A DNA stretch of 63,978 nucleotides, the filler included, from Corallochytrium limacisporum Hawaii (Eukaryota; Protista; Pluriformea): NCBI GenBank assembly GCA_002811645.1. It is 5 parts of 5 records of this genome, joined end to end, with 100 filler letters (N's around TTAATTAATTAA, not from the genome) between each part and the next. Parts side by side here need not be neighbours in the genome. Positions count along the whole stretch, not along the records: positions 12,500 to 44,287 come from PDIP01000086.1; positions 44,388 to 52,076 come from PDIP01000201.1; 3 more parts are not named here. One strand, 5' to 3'. The notes below the pieces were generated by a model, which saw nothing but the letters and a program-made list of their open reading frames with translations, did not search any database and had not been told where the DNA came from. Shown one piece after another: positions 34,680 to 45,369 of the stretch (positions within the stretch are counted from its first letter, which is position 1; the number at the start of each line of letters is the position of its first letter). Position numbers and translations under genes: made by a program.

Positions 34680-36707
34680 ATGTCCGCAGAAGTCCTTCTT
34701 GTCGAAGCCTTGTATGACTTTGACGCAGAGTCCGCCGGTCTGGGGGACCAGTCTTTAAGTTTCAGGTACGGGGATGAGTTTGTGTGTCTGGAAAAGACCA
34801 GTGCGGACTGGTGGCGAGTGCTGGATATTCGTGCCCATCCTCCGCAGGTCGGATACGTGCCGGCTACGTATGTCCAGGATAAACAGAAATTAGACGAAAC
34901 CAGTTCCCAGCCAGGTCATAGCAGTGCAACAGCATCCTCTTATACAGAGGACCGTCCGGCACAGTTTCGTCATGAGAACATCTACGATATTAATGACAGT
35001 TTTGATGACCACAAGACTGGAAACGCCAGCGGGAGTGTTTTTGAAATGCACAAACCGTCAGACATTGAAGGATTTGACCAGTACGAAATGATCGACGCAA
35101 TCCGTTTATATGTGGAAGCCAACAAGATCGTTAGCGAAGCACAAGTCAGTTCAAGTATACATGGGTCAGACCACGACAGTGCGACTGGAATACAGACCCG
35201 TCCCGCAACGGTGTATAAGAAGCCAGAGCTGAAGAACAAATTTGAAGAAAACATCTACGAGGACATTGAGACAGTCATCAGAAAGGGTGCACCGAAGCAG
35301 CATGCGCCTGTCGCTCCGGCAAGGCCCACACGAAATAAGAGCAAAGGTACTGGTCGTGCCAGAAGGGTAGCAAGTCAGGAGAAACTCATGAGCGCTCAGA
35401 GCGACCGAACGAGCGATACGAACATAGCTGCAGCTGCCCTGGCAGGTGAGAGCACCGAGGTGGGTACGGGGTATGCCATGCGAGACCAAGAGGTAGTACC
35501 GGCTAGTGCACCGGCCACTGTTGAGGAACAACGGATGTCCTTGAGTAGGAGTTCGAGTATCCAAACAAGGCCGTTACCGGTACCCACCCCACAGAGTGCA
35601 GGGGCAGTCGAGGAGGAGCCCACCTCAGGACCTGCCAGACCGAGCCGGCCAAGTCGGAATCCCAGCAGTCGCAGCAATCTTCGGGCAACAGGGAGCAATG
35701 CAGGCAGCAATGAAAGTGTTAGGTCAGGAATACAGAGCAACGGGGGGCCCACGTCACCACGATCCGCAAGTACTACCAGCCTCAGCCAGCAGATGGCCAA
35801 TGTGCGCAAGCAATATCAAGGAAATGGGAACAAGAGTAGCTTTGCCAATTTGAAAAGTGAACCTGCAGCGCATCCAATGGCCGTGAAACGCCAGTCTTCG
35901 TTGCTTAGGCATACCTCTGGGGGAACGGGAGATTCCGTCCTGGCGCCAGCAGCAGTGACCAAACAGCAGAGAGCAACTGCGGATGGCGATGTTACCAATG
36001 GTCCTTCTCGGCCGTCGCGGCCTAGTCGGCCGACTCGGGGCACTACCCCGCGGCCGACAGCTAGCACTGGCGATGCTCAGAGTTCTCCAAGTGTGGTCAG
36101 CAGCGTCGTGTCAACACCACGTACAGAAGGCGGGAATCGTCCAGCGCGGCCACCACCGAGGGCACCAGGGCAAAGCGGTGGTCCCGTTCCTCCACCAGTC
36201 TCAGCGTCTAGTAGCCTCGGAGGCCTTACAGCGCGTAGTCAAGCGTCAATTAGTGTGGCTGACAGTCGAAGCCGTGCAATTCTCGAGGGGGACGACAGCG
36301 ATCTCAGCTCGTCTGCAGCATACGGCAGCACCAGCTCGAGTACTACGGGATTGCACAGAGCTACGGTTGGGGCCAGTGGCATTTCGGCGAACAATGGACA
36401 TTTTTCTTCAAACACGTCGGATATCATTTTCGATGTACGACCCAAAACAAAAAAGGGCTTTTTTGGCACTAGGAAGAAGAAGAAGGCAAATTCCAGCTTT
36501 GAAAACTTCCCCAGTGACCACGACGTCATCCAAGCCAAGGTGTATCGGGACACCATCAGGTCACAACAGGCTGGTACTCCTGTGCCACACTCTCCTAGCG
36601 ATGGCGGTGGATCGTCGCCGGTGTCCTCTCTATCTGCCAACAATACTCCACGTGGGAGCATGGGAGCGGATCCTGTGGGTCGCAAGAATAGCCGTCGCAA
36701 GAAATAG
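34680..36707 (+). CDS. SH3-domain adaptor with long Pro/Ser/Arg-rich disordered tail
   Basis: N-terminal SH3: ALYDFDA..LSFRYGD..DWW..GYVPATYV; remainder low complexity. Confidence 0.88.
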   Translation: MSAEVLLVEALYDFDAESAGLGDQSLSFRYGDEFVCLEKTSADWWRVLDIRAHPPQVGYVPATYVQDKQKLDETSSQPGHSSATASSYTEDRPAQFRHENIYDINDSFDDHKTGNASGSVFEMHKPSDIEGFDQYEMIDAIRLYVEANKIVSEAQVSSSIHGSDHDSATGIQTRPATVYKKPELKNKFEENIYEDIETVIRKGAPKQHAPVAPARPTRNKSKGTGRARRVASQEKLMSAQSDRTSDTNIAAAALAGESTEVGTGYAMRDQEVVPASAPATVEEQRMSLSRSSSIQTRPLPVPTPQSAGAVEEEPTSGPARPSRPSRNPSSRSNLRATGSNAGSNESVRSGIQSNGGPTSPRSASTTSLSQQMANVRKQYQGNGNKSSFANLKSEPAAHPMAVKRQSSLLRHTSGGTGDSVLAPAAVTKQQRATADGDVTNGPSRPSRPSRPTRGTTPRPTASTGDAQSSPSVVSSVVSTPRTEGGNRPARPPPRAPGQSGGPVPPPVSASSSLGGLTARSQASISVADSRSRAILEGDDSDLSSSAAYGSTSSSTTGLHRATVGASGISANNGHFSSNTSDIIFDVRPKTKKGFFGTRKKKKANSSFENFPSDHDVIQAKVYRDTIRSQQAGTPVPHSPSDGGGSSPVSSLSANNTPRGSMGADPVGRKNSRRKK

Positions 36708-36777
36708 CATGGACAATAGTACGCATTGTCAGACACTACTGCACCTGGTCGTTTGCTAGATTTAAGTATGACACTTT

Positions 36778-39234
36778 TTATATTGGCTGTCCCCTATGTG
36801 TTAGAATTTCGTTCGTGTCCTCATTTAAAGTCCCACTACGCCTAGCACCGGCAGCGCGGACCAAATTCAGAGCGCTGCCAGCCTTGATCCAACCCACCTG
36901 GACAGCACTCAGAGTGTGCTTCAAGGGGACGTCCACAATGCTCCCATTTACGCGTTTCTTGACGCGGAGTCTCAGCTGAGAGGTGTGACTGAGGTTGTCC
37001 GCGCCAATCAGATCTACGCTATCTCCGGTGTCAACTTTGTCGTAATCATCAGGGTCTGCGAAAGTAGCTGGAATAACTCCCTGTTTCTTGAGGTTCGTTT
37101 CGTGGATGCGAGCAAATGAACGGCACACAATAAGTCGGCCACCCAGGAAACGCGGCTGCATGGCAGCGTGCTCACGAGCGCTACCTTCACCGTAATTCTC
37201 GTCTCCAATCACGATCCAAGGTCGACCAATGGCCTTGTATTTCTTGGCAGCTTCAGGCACCGAAAGTTCCTCTTCCTGGCTTCCTACCTCGCCATCTCCC
37301 ACAAACAGAGCACTGTTGAGCCTCTGGTTGTTGCCATTTATGGCACCAATCAGTGTGTTCTCAGATATGTTCTCCAAATGGCCCTTGTATTTCAACCAAG
37401 GACCAGCAGCGCTAATGGCATCCGTAGTACACTTTCCAGCCACTTTGAGCAGAACAGCCATGTTCTTTACCGCTGCAGGGTGGAAAGGCTCGAAGGGTTC
37501 CAGGACCTGCAGACGAGCGCTCTTCGGATCAATGCATATCTCGACAGATGGATCGGGTTTCGCGTCGATCATTGTGGTACCCGTTGTCGAACCGTCAAAG
37601 CCAGCGCTGGGCAGATTCTGCCCTTTGGGGGGCTCAAACTTGAAGCCAGGAGCAATCTCATCAGTCATAACGTTCTTTGCTAGGTCAGCACCAAAGGCAT
37701 ATGCAGTCACCACATCAGGAGATGCAAGGAAATTGTGCGTACCGCTGTTTCCATCATTACGGCGCCTGAAATTACGGTTGAAGGAAGAAAGAATGGTGTT
37801 GGGTTCGTCCTCCTTCACCTGAGTGCGGTCCCATTGGCCAATGCATGGTCCGCAGGCGTTCGCAAGGACGGTAGCACCAGCATCCTTGAAGGTCTTGAGG
37901 ATACCATCCCGCTCGCAGGTAGCCCGAATCTGCTCACTACCTGGGGTGACAAGGAATGGAATCTTAGGCTTCAAGCCGGCCTTCATTGCCTGCTGAACCA
38001 AGTCGTGTGCCCGAGTCATGTCTTCGTAGCTCGAATTTGTACATGACCCAATCAGAGCCGCACTGACAGCCATGGGCCACCCTTTCTCTTTAGCCAAAGG
38101 AGGGAATTCGCTCAACTTCGTGCTCAGGTCCGGAGTGAATGGTCCATTTAGACAAGGTTCCACCTGACCGAGATCCAGCACAATGTGCTCATCGTACTCA
38201 CATCCTTCATCTGCCCTCAAGAGTCCGGTAGACTCCTGTCCGTGACGATCAGCCAGTTCAATGTACGCACCGCGGTTAGTGGCCTGCAGATAGTTGCGCA
38301 TACTGCTACCATAAGGAAATACCGAAGTAGTGGCACCTACTTCAGCGCCCATATTGCAGATAGTAGCCATACCGGTGGCACTCAAAGTGTTGACACCCTT
38401 GCCAAAGTATTCCAACACGGATCCAGTACCTCCCTTGACGGTCAGCCTTCCGGCCAGTTCCAGGATCACATCCTTTGGACTGCTCCATCCATTCAGCTCA
38501 CCCACAAGCTCCACACCAATCGTTTTCGGTGCCTTTAGCTCCCAAGGTGTGCCGCTCATGGCATCTACCGCATCAGCACCTCCGACACCTATTGCAGCAA
38601 TACCCAAGCCGCCTGCGTTCGGGGTATGGGAATCGCAGCCCAACATTAATCCACCAGGAAGAGCATAATTTTCCAGGACAATCTGATGGATTATACCACT
38701 ACCAGGACCCCAGAAGGCGAAACCAAACTTTTCACACGCGCTACGGAGAAAATCAAAGATTTCCTGGTTCTGCTTAACGGATAGTTCCAGGTCCTCCTTG
38801 CTGCCGTGTCGACCCACAATAAGATGGTCACAATGAACACTCACAGGCACTGCAGCACTGTGCAGGCCAGCTAACATGAACTGAAGAATAGCTGTCTGGG
38901 CACTAGCGTCTTGAAGAGCTACTCGATCAGGCTTTAGTGCCAGATATGTAGTGCCACGCTCTGGATGAGAGTCAGGGGCATGGTCCCGGTCGATGTGAGA
39001 GTAGATGATCTTCTCAGAAAGGGAAAGGGGCTTTTCTCGGGTACCCCACTTCCGGCGCAACTCTTCGAGGTGTGTGGACTGATGTTCCAGATGTACAGGA
39101 TATTTGTGCTTGTTTTGGAGACTGTCCGCGCCGGAACGACTTGCAAGACTTCTGGTTGCAACCTGCAGCGCAGGACCCACAATGCTCTTCACAGCACGTA
39201 CAGGTGCTCGTTGTCCAATCTTTCGCACAGCCAT
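36778..39234 (-). CDS. Mitochondrial aconitase-family protein, Aco2/homocitrate dehydratase type
   Basis: Basic presequence; DRVALQDASAQ, HCDH, DSHTPN, Fe-S ligands IGSCTNSSYED and ACGPCIGQW, NYGEGSAREHAA; KYKGH in place of KYRGH. Confidence 0.93.
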   Translation of the reverse strand: MAVRKIGQRAPVRAVKSIVGPALQVATRSLASRSGADSLQNKHKYPVHLEHQSTHLEELRRKWGTREKPLSLSEKIIYSHIDRDHAPDSHPERGTTYLALKPDRVALQDASAQTAILQFMLAGLHSAAVPVSVHCDHLIVGRHGSKEDLELSVKQNQEIFDFLRSACEKFGFAFWGPGSGIIHQIVLENYALPGGLMLGCDSHTPNAGGLGIAAIGVGGADAVDAMSGTPWELKAPKTIGVELVGELNGWSSPKDVILELAGRLTVKGGTGSVLEYFGKGVNTLSATGMATICNMGAEVGATTSVFPYGSSMRNYLQATNRGAYIELADRHGQESTGLLRADEGCEYDEHIVLDLGQVEPCLNGPFTPDLSTKLSEFPPLAKEKGWPMAVSAALIGSCTNSSYEDMTRAHDLVQQAMKAGLKPKIPFLVTPGSEQIRATCERDGILKTFKDAGATVLANACGPCIGQWDRTQVKEDEPNTILSSFNRNFRRRNDGNSGTHNFLASPDVVTAYAFGADLAKNVMTDEIAPGFKFEPPKGQNLPSAGFDGSTTGTTMIDAKPDPSVEICIDPKSARLQVLEPFEPFHPAAVKNMAVLLKVAGKCTTDAISAAGPWLKYKGHLENISENTLIGAINGNNQRLNSALFVGDGEVGSQEEELSVPEAAKKYKAIGRPWIVIGDENYGEGSAREHAAMQPRFLGGRLIVCRSFARIHETNLKKQGVIPATFADPDDYDKVDTGDSVDLIGADNLSHTSQLRLRVKKRVNGSIVDVPLKHTLSAVQVGWIKAGSALNLVRAAGARRSGTLNEDTNEILTHRGQPI

Positions 39235-39890
39235 ATTTGCGACGTTACAAAATGCGACACAATTCTGTCAATTCGAATAAACGATTAGTCTTCAGGCGAG
39301 CTCTCTTCTACCCAAAGGATGCTTTGGTAGTGCATTCGCATGCGGCTCTTCTCATTTGTTGTGGCCCGACAACTTATTGTTGTCCGCCCCGAAACGAGTC
39401 ATGGAAAGTGTGTAAGTGTCAGCTGTAGGATTGACCAGTTCTTAGGTCATGGAAGGTCATAAGACACTCAACAGGAGATTGATTGCAACTTGCGCTACAC
39501 CTTCGTTCAGTGTCCTGATAGCAATCGCAAGGTGGAAATTCAATGTAAGGGACCCTGCCTCCCCCGTGGTTGGGCCCTCCGCCGCCCGGCGGACCCCCCC
39601 CCTGGGGGGGTGGTGTGGGAGGGGGACAGTTTCCCTTACTTGGGGACTGACTGTAGGCGCTCTGTTTATTGGGCACGTGCTGCAACAAGTCACGGACGCA
39701 AACGCACAAGGATTCAAATTTTAGGGGGTCGGGAAGGACTGGGTTGTTGTGTTAGCCCATCGTGTCTGCGTTTACCATATCTCGATCTCCGCAATTCAAT
39801 CACTACCTTGACCGTAATGGAAGGGTAGAGTACTGTGGATATTGACACGACGACACCCAATTAGTAGTAGACTGAAAGCGATGGATTCCG

Positions 39891-42800
39891 TTATTTGTGG
39901 TTCAGCAGGGACATAGCGACTGCGTCAAGGTCAACCTTGGGTTGCTTGCCCTCATGCTCGCTTGCAGAATGTTGTTGAGCAACACTGTGCTTGCTGCGAT
40001 GCCGTGTACTATGGTCACCTTCGCGAGGTCCGGTCTGGACTACTTTTACTCTTTCGCCAAAAACGGCAGTTAGATCATGCACAAGTTGCGTAGAGTCCAC
40101 GGCTCCCGACTCTTGTGAGTGTGGCGTCACGCGCTGCTGGCAAAGGGCCTGTTGAACGGTCTGAGTGGCAGGCTGGCGGGAAGGTCCAGTCACCTTCACA
40201 CCAAGAGTGTCACTCAGTATAGAAGTGAGATCCTGGGTTTCTTGAGGTTGCACCTGTGGTGTCATTTGGTGTTGCTTCATTTGCCTGTAGACTGGCTGTT
40301 GACTCTGTAGTTGTTGCTGCTTGCGAACATTTTTCTCACGCCCTTGCTTTCCGCGATTTCCTTGTTGGTTCCATACTCCTGTGACACTCATTACAGGGTT
40401 CTTGTCATGCCCTCTCGACCCGCCCCGACGAATCAACCACACTGCGTTCACTCGGGCACCTCGCCGCTCCGAACAGCATCCCCCCAAATTGTTAAGCTCC
40501 GTGGCATGGTAGTCGAACACAACATCAAGGCGATAACTGCCTTCATCTTTGTTTGATGTGAAGATTCCGACGACTGTACCGCTGGCCCCAAACGGGACAC
40601 TTCCTGCGCCACGTACGTTGACTACCCGATCACCAAGATTCCAATCGTTCGTTCTGTGCTGAAGATGAGTTCCTAGGTTCGGATGGTAGATACAATGGGC
40701 AGGCAGTGACCGTGTGATTGGCATAGAGACAGATGGTGGATCTTTTAGGAACGCATCCACGGTCTTTTCAATGACCGCAATCTGGTTGGCACTAAGCATG
40801 CGGCTCCCGCATGGCACCAGATCTTGTTCAAACCAAGGCTGCTCCCGGAGCCAATGTTTGATCTGAAGTACATTTGCCTTGGAGTCCACCGAATTTGGAA
40901 ACAGCAGCTTGTCGGTTGGCTGTTGACTCTTGAGATTCTTTAAAGCTTTAAAGAACGTAGGAAAAGCCTCTCGAAAGGCCTTGGCAGCCTTCACGGTGAG
41001 ACTGGAATACTCCCAAGTGTATCCGTCGTCTAACCTACGTGCATATCCACTGACTTGCTGATCCTTCTTCTGATACTTTAAACTCATGCCAATATTGACT
41101 TTCTGCATGTTATTGCGGCCCTTCTGTTTTGGGTTCTCCAGGACCACCGCAAACGAGGAAAACAGCCGATTAAGTACAGAAATGGGCATATCCAATTTAT
41201 GAGCCATTTCCTTGATGGAGAACCATCGGTCATCAATGGAGCGCATCGCAAAGGCAAGATCAGGCTCCACAGGGGAAACTAAGGATACAGTTAGGTGGCC
41301 ATTTTGAATATTATGTACATCTATCGTACCAACGTGACCAGGAAACGGTGAGATGCACACAATCGAGTCTCCCTTCGGGTAAATAGACTTCAACATCCAA
41401 TTGCGTGTCACTCTGCCTTTCACGAGCTGATTCTTAATTTCAGACTCCAAAACACAAGATTCTAAGGGCACAAAAGTTCCCCGTTTCGAGTATTTCTCCT
41501 TCGTGACAACAGAGTCGTCGTGGAATTCGTTATAGACGCCTTCCAAGGCACATACTTGAAGGTACACGACACAAGGGGGAATGACAACACCGCGCTTCTT
41601 CTCGTACAGACTACGAAGGCTGTCGACAGCCTCCTGGTACATTGATGACTCAGCCTGGTTGTTCTTTGCGATCTTGACCTGTCCGCCTTCAATACGCTTC
41701 GCAGAACAATTTCTATCGTGACAGCTTATGACGATACTCTTGACCATCAATGGCCAATGTGCATACACGACCCGTCCCAGGAACTTCGGTGCTAGCCTCT
41801 GCAAATCTTGCTTGGGTTCTGTAGAATACTTTCGATGGAGGCGCAATATGATACTCGGCTCTTTGGAAGGATGCTGAAAAACCTTTACCTGCGCTTCTTC
41901 GAGATTGTAGTCGAATTCTCGGAACTTCATCGTTGGGTATCCCACAACATGCTTTGTTGGATCCAGAGTACTCAGCAGAGTTGGGTGTACATGAAGAGGG
42001 CTTCTAATGTGGATCTCCTCCGTAGCAACCTTACAATTTTGAATGTTTCCAAGAACCTGTGGAATTGGGGACATGAATAGAGTTGGCTTTGCTTGGGGTT
42101 CGTATCGGTAGATCATGCTGGGTAGGTGACGATTGCGTTTTTGTTCTTGTTCGTTAAGAGATTCATTGTACGGCATCATTGCCGACAGTAAGCGATCGGA
42201 ATTGATGAATGGAATCAACACGACAGCCTCCCAATCCTGCTTCTTTCCATTCTTGTCAGTGGCAAATTCTGCAGGGTAGTAGTCTATGATCGGTGAAGTG
42301 GACTCCGTCATTAGTCCTTGATACGCCGGTGGTAACAGATACCGGCTTGCTGCAGGTAACACTGCCAAAAGCTGCTGGAATGGTAGAAACGCACTTCCCT
42401 CTTCAAATGACTTGTCAATGCATGTGAGGTTCTTAAAATCAGTGACAAACGGTGAGAAGTGATGGGGATAAAAGTAGCCCCATGACTGCACACCACGGAA
42501 ATAGTATGCGACAATCCACTCCAAGGTTCTGACATAATCCCTAGTGACCTGCGCGAGGAACTGATCGGTCACCTTTACCACACCGAATTTTTCCCTGTAG
42601 TAGCTCTCCCGGTAGTCCGTGAAGTCCTTATTATTCGCCATAATATTGAGCAAATCTTCATCAATTGCACTGTAAATCGCTTCTTCTTCATCATCATCCT
42701 CATCGAACTCTGAATCCTCGTTGTCACCAAGACCCATCGGGCTGCCAAAGTTATCAAATCTACCCGTACTCATTTCAATCCGTCTTTTGCTGCCAATTCC

Positions 42801-43856
42801 ACGCTTCTCCTCGAAGACTTCATAGTCAAAAGGTGCAAAGGCTTTAAAAAACATTTCCAACCGCCTCAAATTTAAAGTTCCGTTCTCATTCATCGGTCCA
42901 CCCATTTGCGGCAGGACACTCTTGTACGTTTTCACTAGGTACTGGAACGCCCCTTCGTTAATATGCAAGTGTGGTAGATGTGGAATAAAATCGTTACCAA
43001 CCAAGCAAACCATGAAAACCCAATCACCCAATACCTGCTCGAAAGTGCACGGGAATTCCAGACCACTCAGAAGATCTCTGAAGTCCAGCTCCAGATACTC
43101 TCTGACCGCATGGATATGCAACAAGAAGAAACTTTGCTCCTCCGCATTTGCCGTACGTTTGGGTTGGCCCCGACTGACAATCTCCTCGCGCAAGAGAGAA
43201 AAGTATGGTTCATGGGAAGCCAGGCTTAACAGAAACAAGTCTGCATCCAAACCATAGAGACAGTGACGGGTGTAAGGATCGTATTCTGGCTGCATTCGCA
43301 CCATGCGAATGTAATCCATGACCTTGTGCTCCCCTTCACCAGGGGTCTCGTGTCCAGAGAAGATAACCTGAACTTCCCGCCATTGCCTATCGCTGTTGAG
43401 TTTCGTGGTTACAAAGGCACGCAGTGCCGCACTGAGCCTCACCATGAATTCTGTGCCCGGCGTAATGCTGTTTCCGTCGAACCTTTCAACAATCTGCTTC
43501 CCTTCTGCCTGCGCCTTCTCCCGACTCTCTCGGGCCTCTCGCGCACTCCGGAATCGACGACTACGCTGCTGATTCATCTTTGCGCGGGGAGCGCAGCCAT
43601 CAACCGCCATGAATAACAGCTTCTTCGGCTTGATGATTTGGAATAAAGCGTCAACATATCGAAAAATATTAACAAAAATGTCCTCCTCAGTGAAAGTCTG
43701 ATTCGGATCGTCATCATTTGGGTGACTACAAGGGTGAATGATGTTGTTCATATCCAGGTATAGATTATCGAACTCAGGAATTTCTCCATCCACTACTTGC
43801 TGAGCGATACCCGGATACCGCTCCGAGATCCATCGAAAAAATTTGGGAACTCCCAT
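39891..43856 (-). CDS. XRN1: 5'-3' exoribonuclease 1
   Basis: MGVPKFFRWISERYP, DNLYLDMN, DGCAPRAKMNQQRSRRF, PGEGEHK, GLDADL; XRN1-specific C-terminal SH3-like LGDRVVNV...VPFGASGTVVGI. Confidence 0.97.
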   Translation of the reverse strand: MGVPKFFRWISERYPGIAQQVVDGEIPEFDNLYLDMNNIIHPCSHPNDDDPNQTFTEEDIFVNIFRYVDALFQIIKPKKLLFMAVDGCAPRAKMNQQRSRRFRSAREARESREKAQAEGKQIVERFDGNSITPGTEFMVRLSAALRAFVTTKLNSDRQWREVQVIFSGHETPGEGEHKVMDYIRMVRMQPEYDPYTRHCLYGLDADLFLLSLASHEPYFSLLREEIVSRGQPKRTANAEEQSFFLLHIHAVREYLELDFRDLLSGLEFPCTFEQVLGDWVFMVCLVGNDFIPHLPHLHINEGAFQYLVKTYKSVLPQMGGPMNENGTLNLRRLEMFFKAFAPFDYEVFEEKRGIGSKRRIEMSTGRFDNFGSPMGLGDNEDSEFDEDDDEEEAIYSAIDEDLLNIMANNKDFTDYRESYYREKFGVVKVTDQFLAQVTRDYVRTLEWIVAYYFRGVQSWGYFYPHHFSPFVTDFKNLTCIDKSFEEGSAFLPFQQLLAVLPAASRYLLPPAYQGLMTESTSPIIDYYPAEFATDKNGKKQDWEAVVLIPFINSDRLLSAMMPYNESLNEQEQKRNRHLPSMIYRYEPQAKPTLFMSPIPQVLGNIQNCKVATEEIHIRSPLHVHPTLLSTLDPTKHVVGYPTMKFREFDYNLEEAQVKVFQHPSKEPSIILRLHRKYSTEPKQDLQRLAPKFLGRVVYAHWPLMVKSIVISCHDRNCSAKRIEGGQVKIAKNNQAESSMYQEAVDSLRSLYEKKRGVVIPPCVVYLQVCALEGVYNEFHDDSVVTKEKYSKRGTFVPLESCVLESEIKNQLVKGRVTRNWMLKSIYPKGDSIVCISPFPGHVGTIDVHNIQNGHLTVSLVSPVEPDLAFAMRSIDDRWFSIKEMAHKLDMPISVLNRLFSSFAVVLENPKQKGRNNMQKVNIGMSLKYQKKDQQVSGYARRLDDGYTWEYSSLTVKAAKAFREAFPTFFKALKNLKSQQPTDKLLFPNSVDSKANVLQIKHWLREQPWFEQDLVPCGSRMLSANQIAVIEKTVDAFLKDPPSVSMPITRSLPAHCIYHPNLGTHLQHRTNDWNLGDRVVNVRGAGSVPFGASGTVVGIFTSNKDEGSYRLDVVFDYHATELNNLGGCCSERRGARVNAVWLIRRGGSRGHDKNPVMSVTGVWNQQGNRGKQGREKNVRKQQQLQSQQPVYRQMKQHQMTPQVQPQETQDLTSILSDTLGVKVTGPSRQPATQTVQQALCQQRVTPHSQESGAVDSTQLVHDLTAVFGERVKVVQTGPREGDHSTRHRSKHSVAQQHSASEHEGKQPKVDLDAVAMSLLNHK

Positions 43857-44287
43857 GCTGGCTTCCTAACGGTTCAATTGATCTGGTACGCCAGAGTGCT
43901 ATTTCGTCATTTCTGTTCTATTCCACTCAAGTCCGCCGTGATGATCACACGACAGAGATCAAATTATAAAGTTTCTTGAGGTTTGTAAAATAGCTGGTTG
44001 TGTCTGCGTACAACAGGGCAGCCCTTTTTTCCGAAATTGTCGTAGTACAGGCACAATTGGGGACGGAAGCTCCCTTCCTCCTCTCAACCACCATTTTTCC
44101 AACTTCCACAATGGCGTGGCCGGATTGTCACAAGGCGGGGAAGTGAACGTGTATCGCTCAACGACCCGTGCGTGCCTTTCCAGCTTCCGACATACCACCC
44201 TCTGTCTCATAATATTAGGTCGAATCTATTCAAATCACATTCATTCGAATCCCGACCGCTGTGGCGGGAAACATTTTGCGCGTTCAA

Positions 44288-44387
44288 NNNNNNNNNNNNN
44301 NNNNNNNNNNNNNNNNNNNNNNNNNNNNNNNTTAATTAATTAANNNNNNNNNNNNNNNNNNNNNNNNNNNNNNNNNNNNNNNNNNNN
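44288..44387. other. Assembly gap spacer
   Basis: Same 100-nt N/TTAATTAATTAA spacer. Confidence 0.97.
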
Positions 44388-45369
44388 TGACCCACCGATC
44401 AGTGGGTCTGTCATTGGACATTACAATAACGCATTAGCACCGCCTGGTAGCATCCTCTTTGCGATAGAGATCTTTGAATTCTTCAACAGTAGGCAGCGCC
44501 CATCCAAACCGACAAGCCAGAAAAGGTGCTCTGCCAGAAACAACCTGGTGGGGGGCTTTTGACATTATGGAAAGCCCCGTCGTTGGTAATAAAACGACGT
44601 TTGAGGTCTTGTTCACATACGCAAACGCACGAAGAGTGTCGCTCTCATGACCAGTGTCGGACGTTTTTTTGAGTATCGCCCTTATTCACGCGGATCACCC
44701 ATGCCTATTTTGGATCTTCTACCCGAGAAAGCCGTGTCACGTTAACTGAATCAGTTTCAATTGTCGATGAGCCTGAGTATGGCCCTGGCCGCCTTTGGCA
44801 GGCAATGTCCGGTTCCGTTCAAAAAGTTTGAGGAAAATTCAACAACCTCGAGCGATACATTCTCTATGGTGCACACCCGATCCCACCACAATGTGTGGGC
44901 AAACCCACCCCCCCCACAGTGCACGCCCACGATAGATTATCTAAGACGGCGATTGGCCGACTATACGTGGCGCAAAACTGTTTGTCTACCAAAGTATAAA
45001 GCGAAGTATATGAAGACTCCGGGGCAGATTTACTAGAGCGTGAAAAATTGCGCAATCTACCGCACCGGATTTGCTGATCGTACCACTCGTAGGTTTTTGG
45101 GTGGCAGTTTAGCCACATTTTTCCTATGGGAAGGACGATCGGGGCTGCTGACGAAACGCGGGATCAGGAGGGCGAGGAACAGGGTGTGCTGCGTGCGAGC
45201 CACTCATTTCGTGCTGACGATCTCCTTGGTCTCGGAAGCAGAGAAGAATACCCTTCCATGTTGACTTATCGCATGATATTAAGCGTACCTCAGGTACAAA
45301 GAGATCTCAAGTGTTATTAGGTGTCGCACGCATGATTTTGGCAGATGAATCAAATGATTTCTATACACT

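Noticed and set aside
44263-44271. E2F-like GCGGGAAA sites upstream of several genes
   Set aside because: An 8-bp degenerate motif is expected several times by chance in 64 kb; no enrichment can be claimed.
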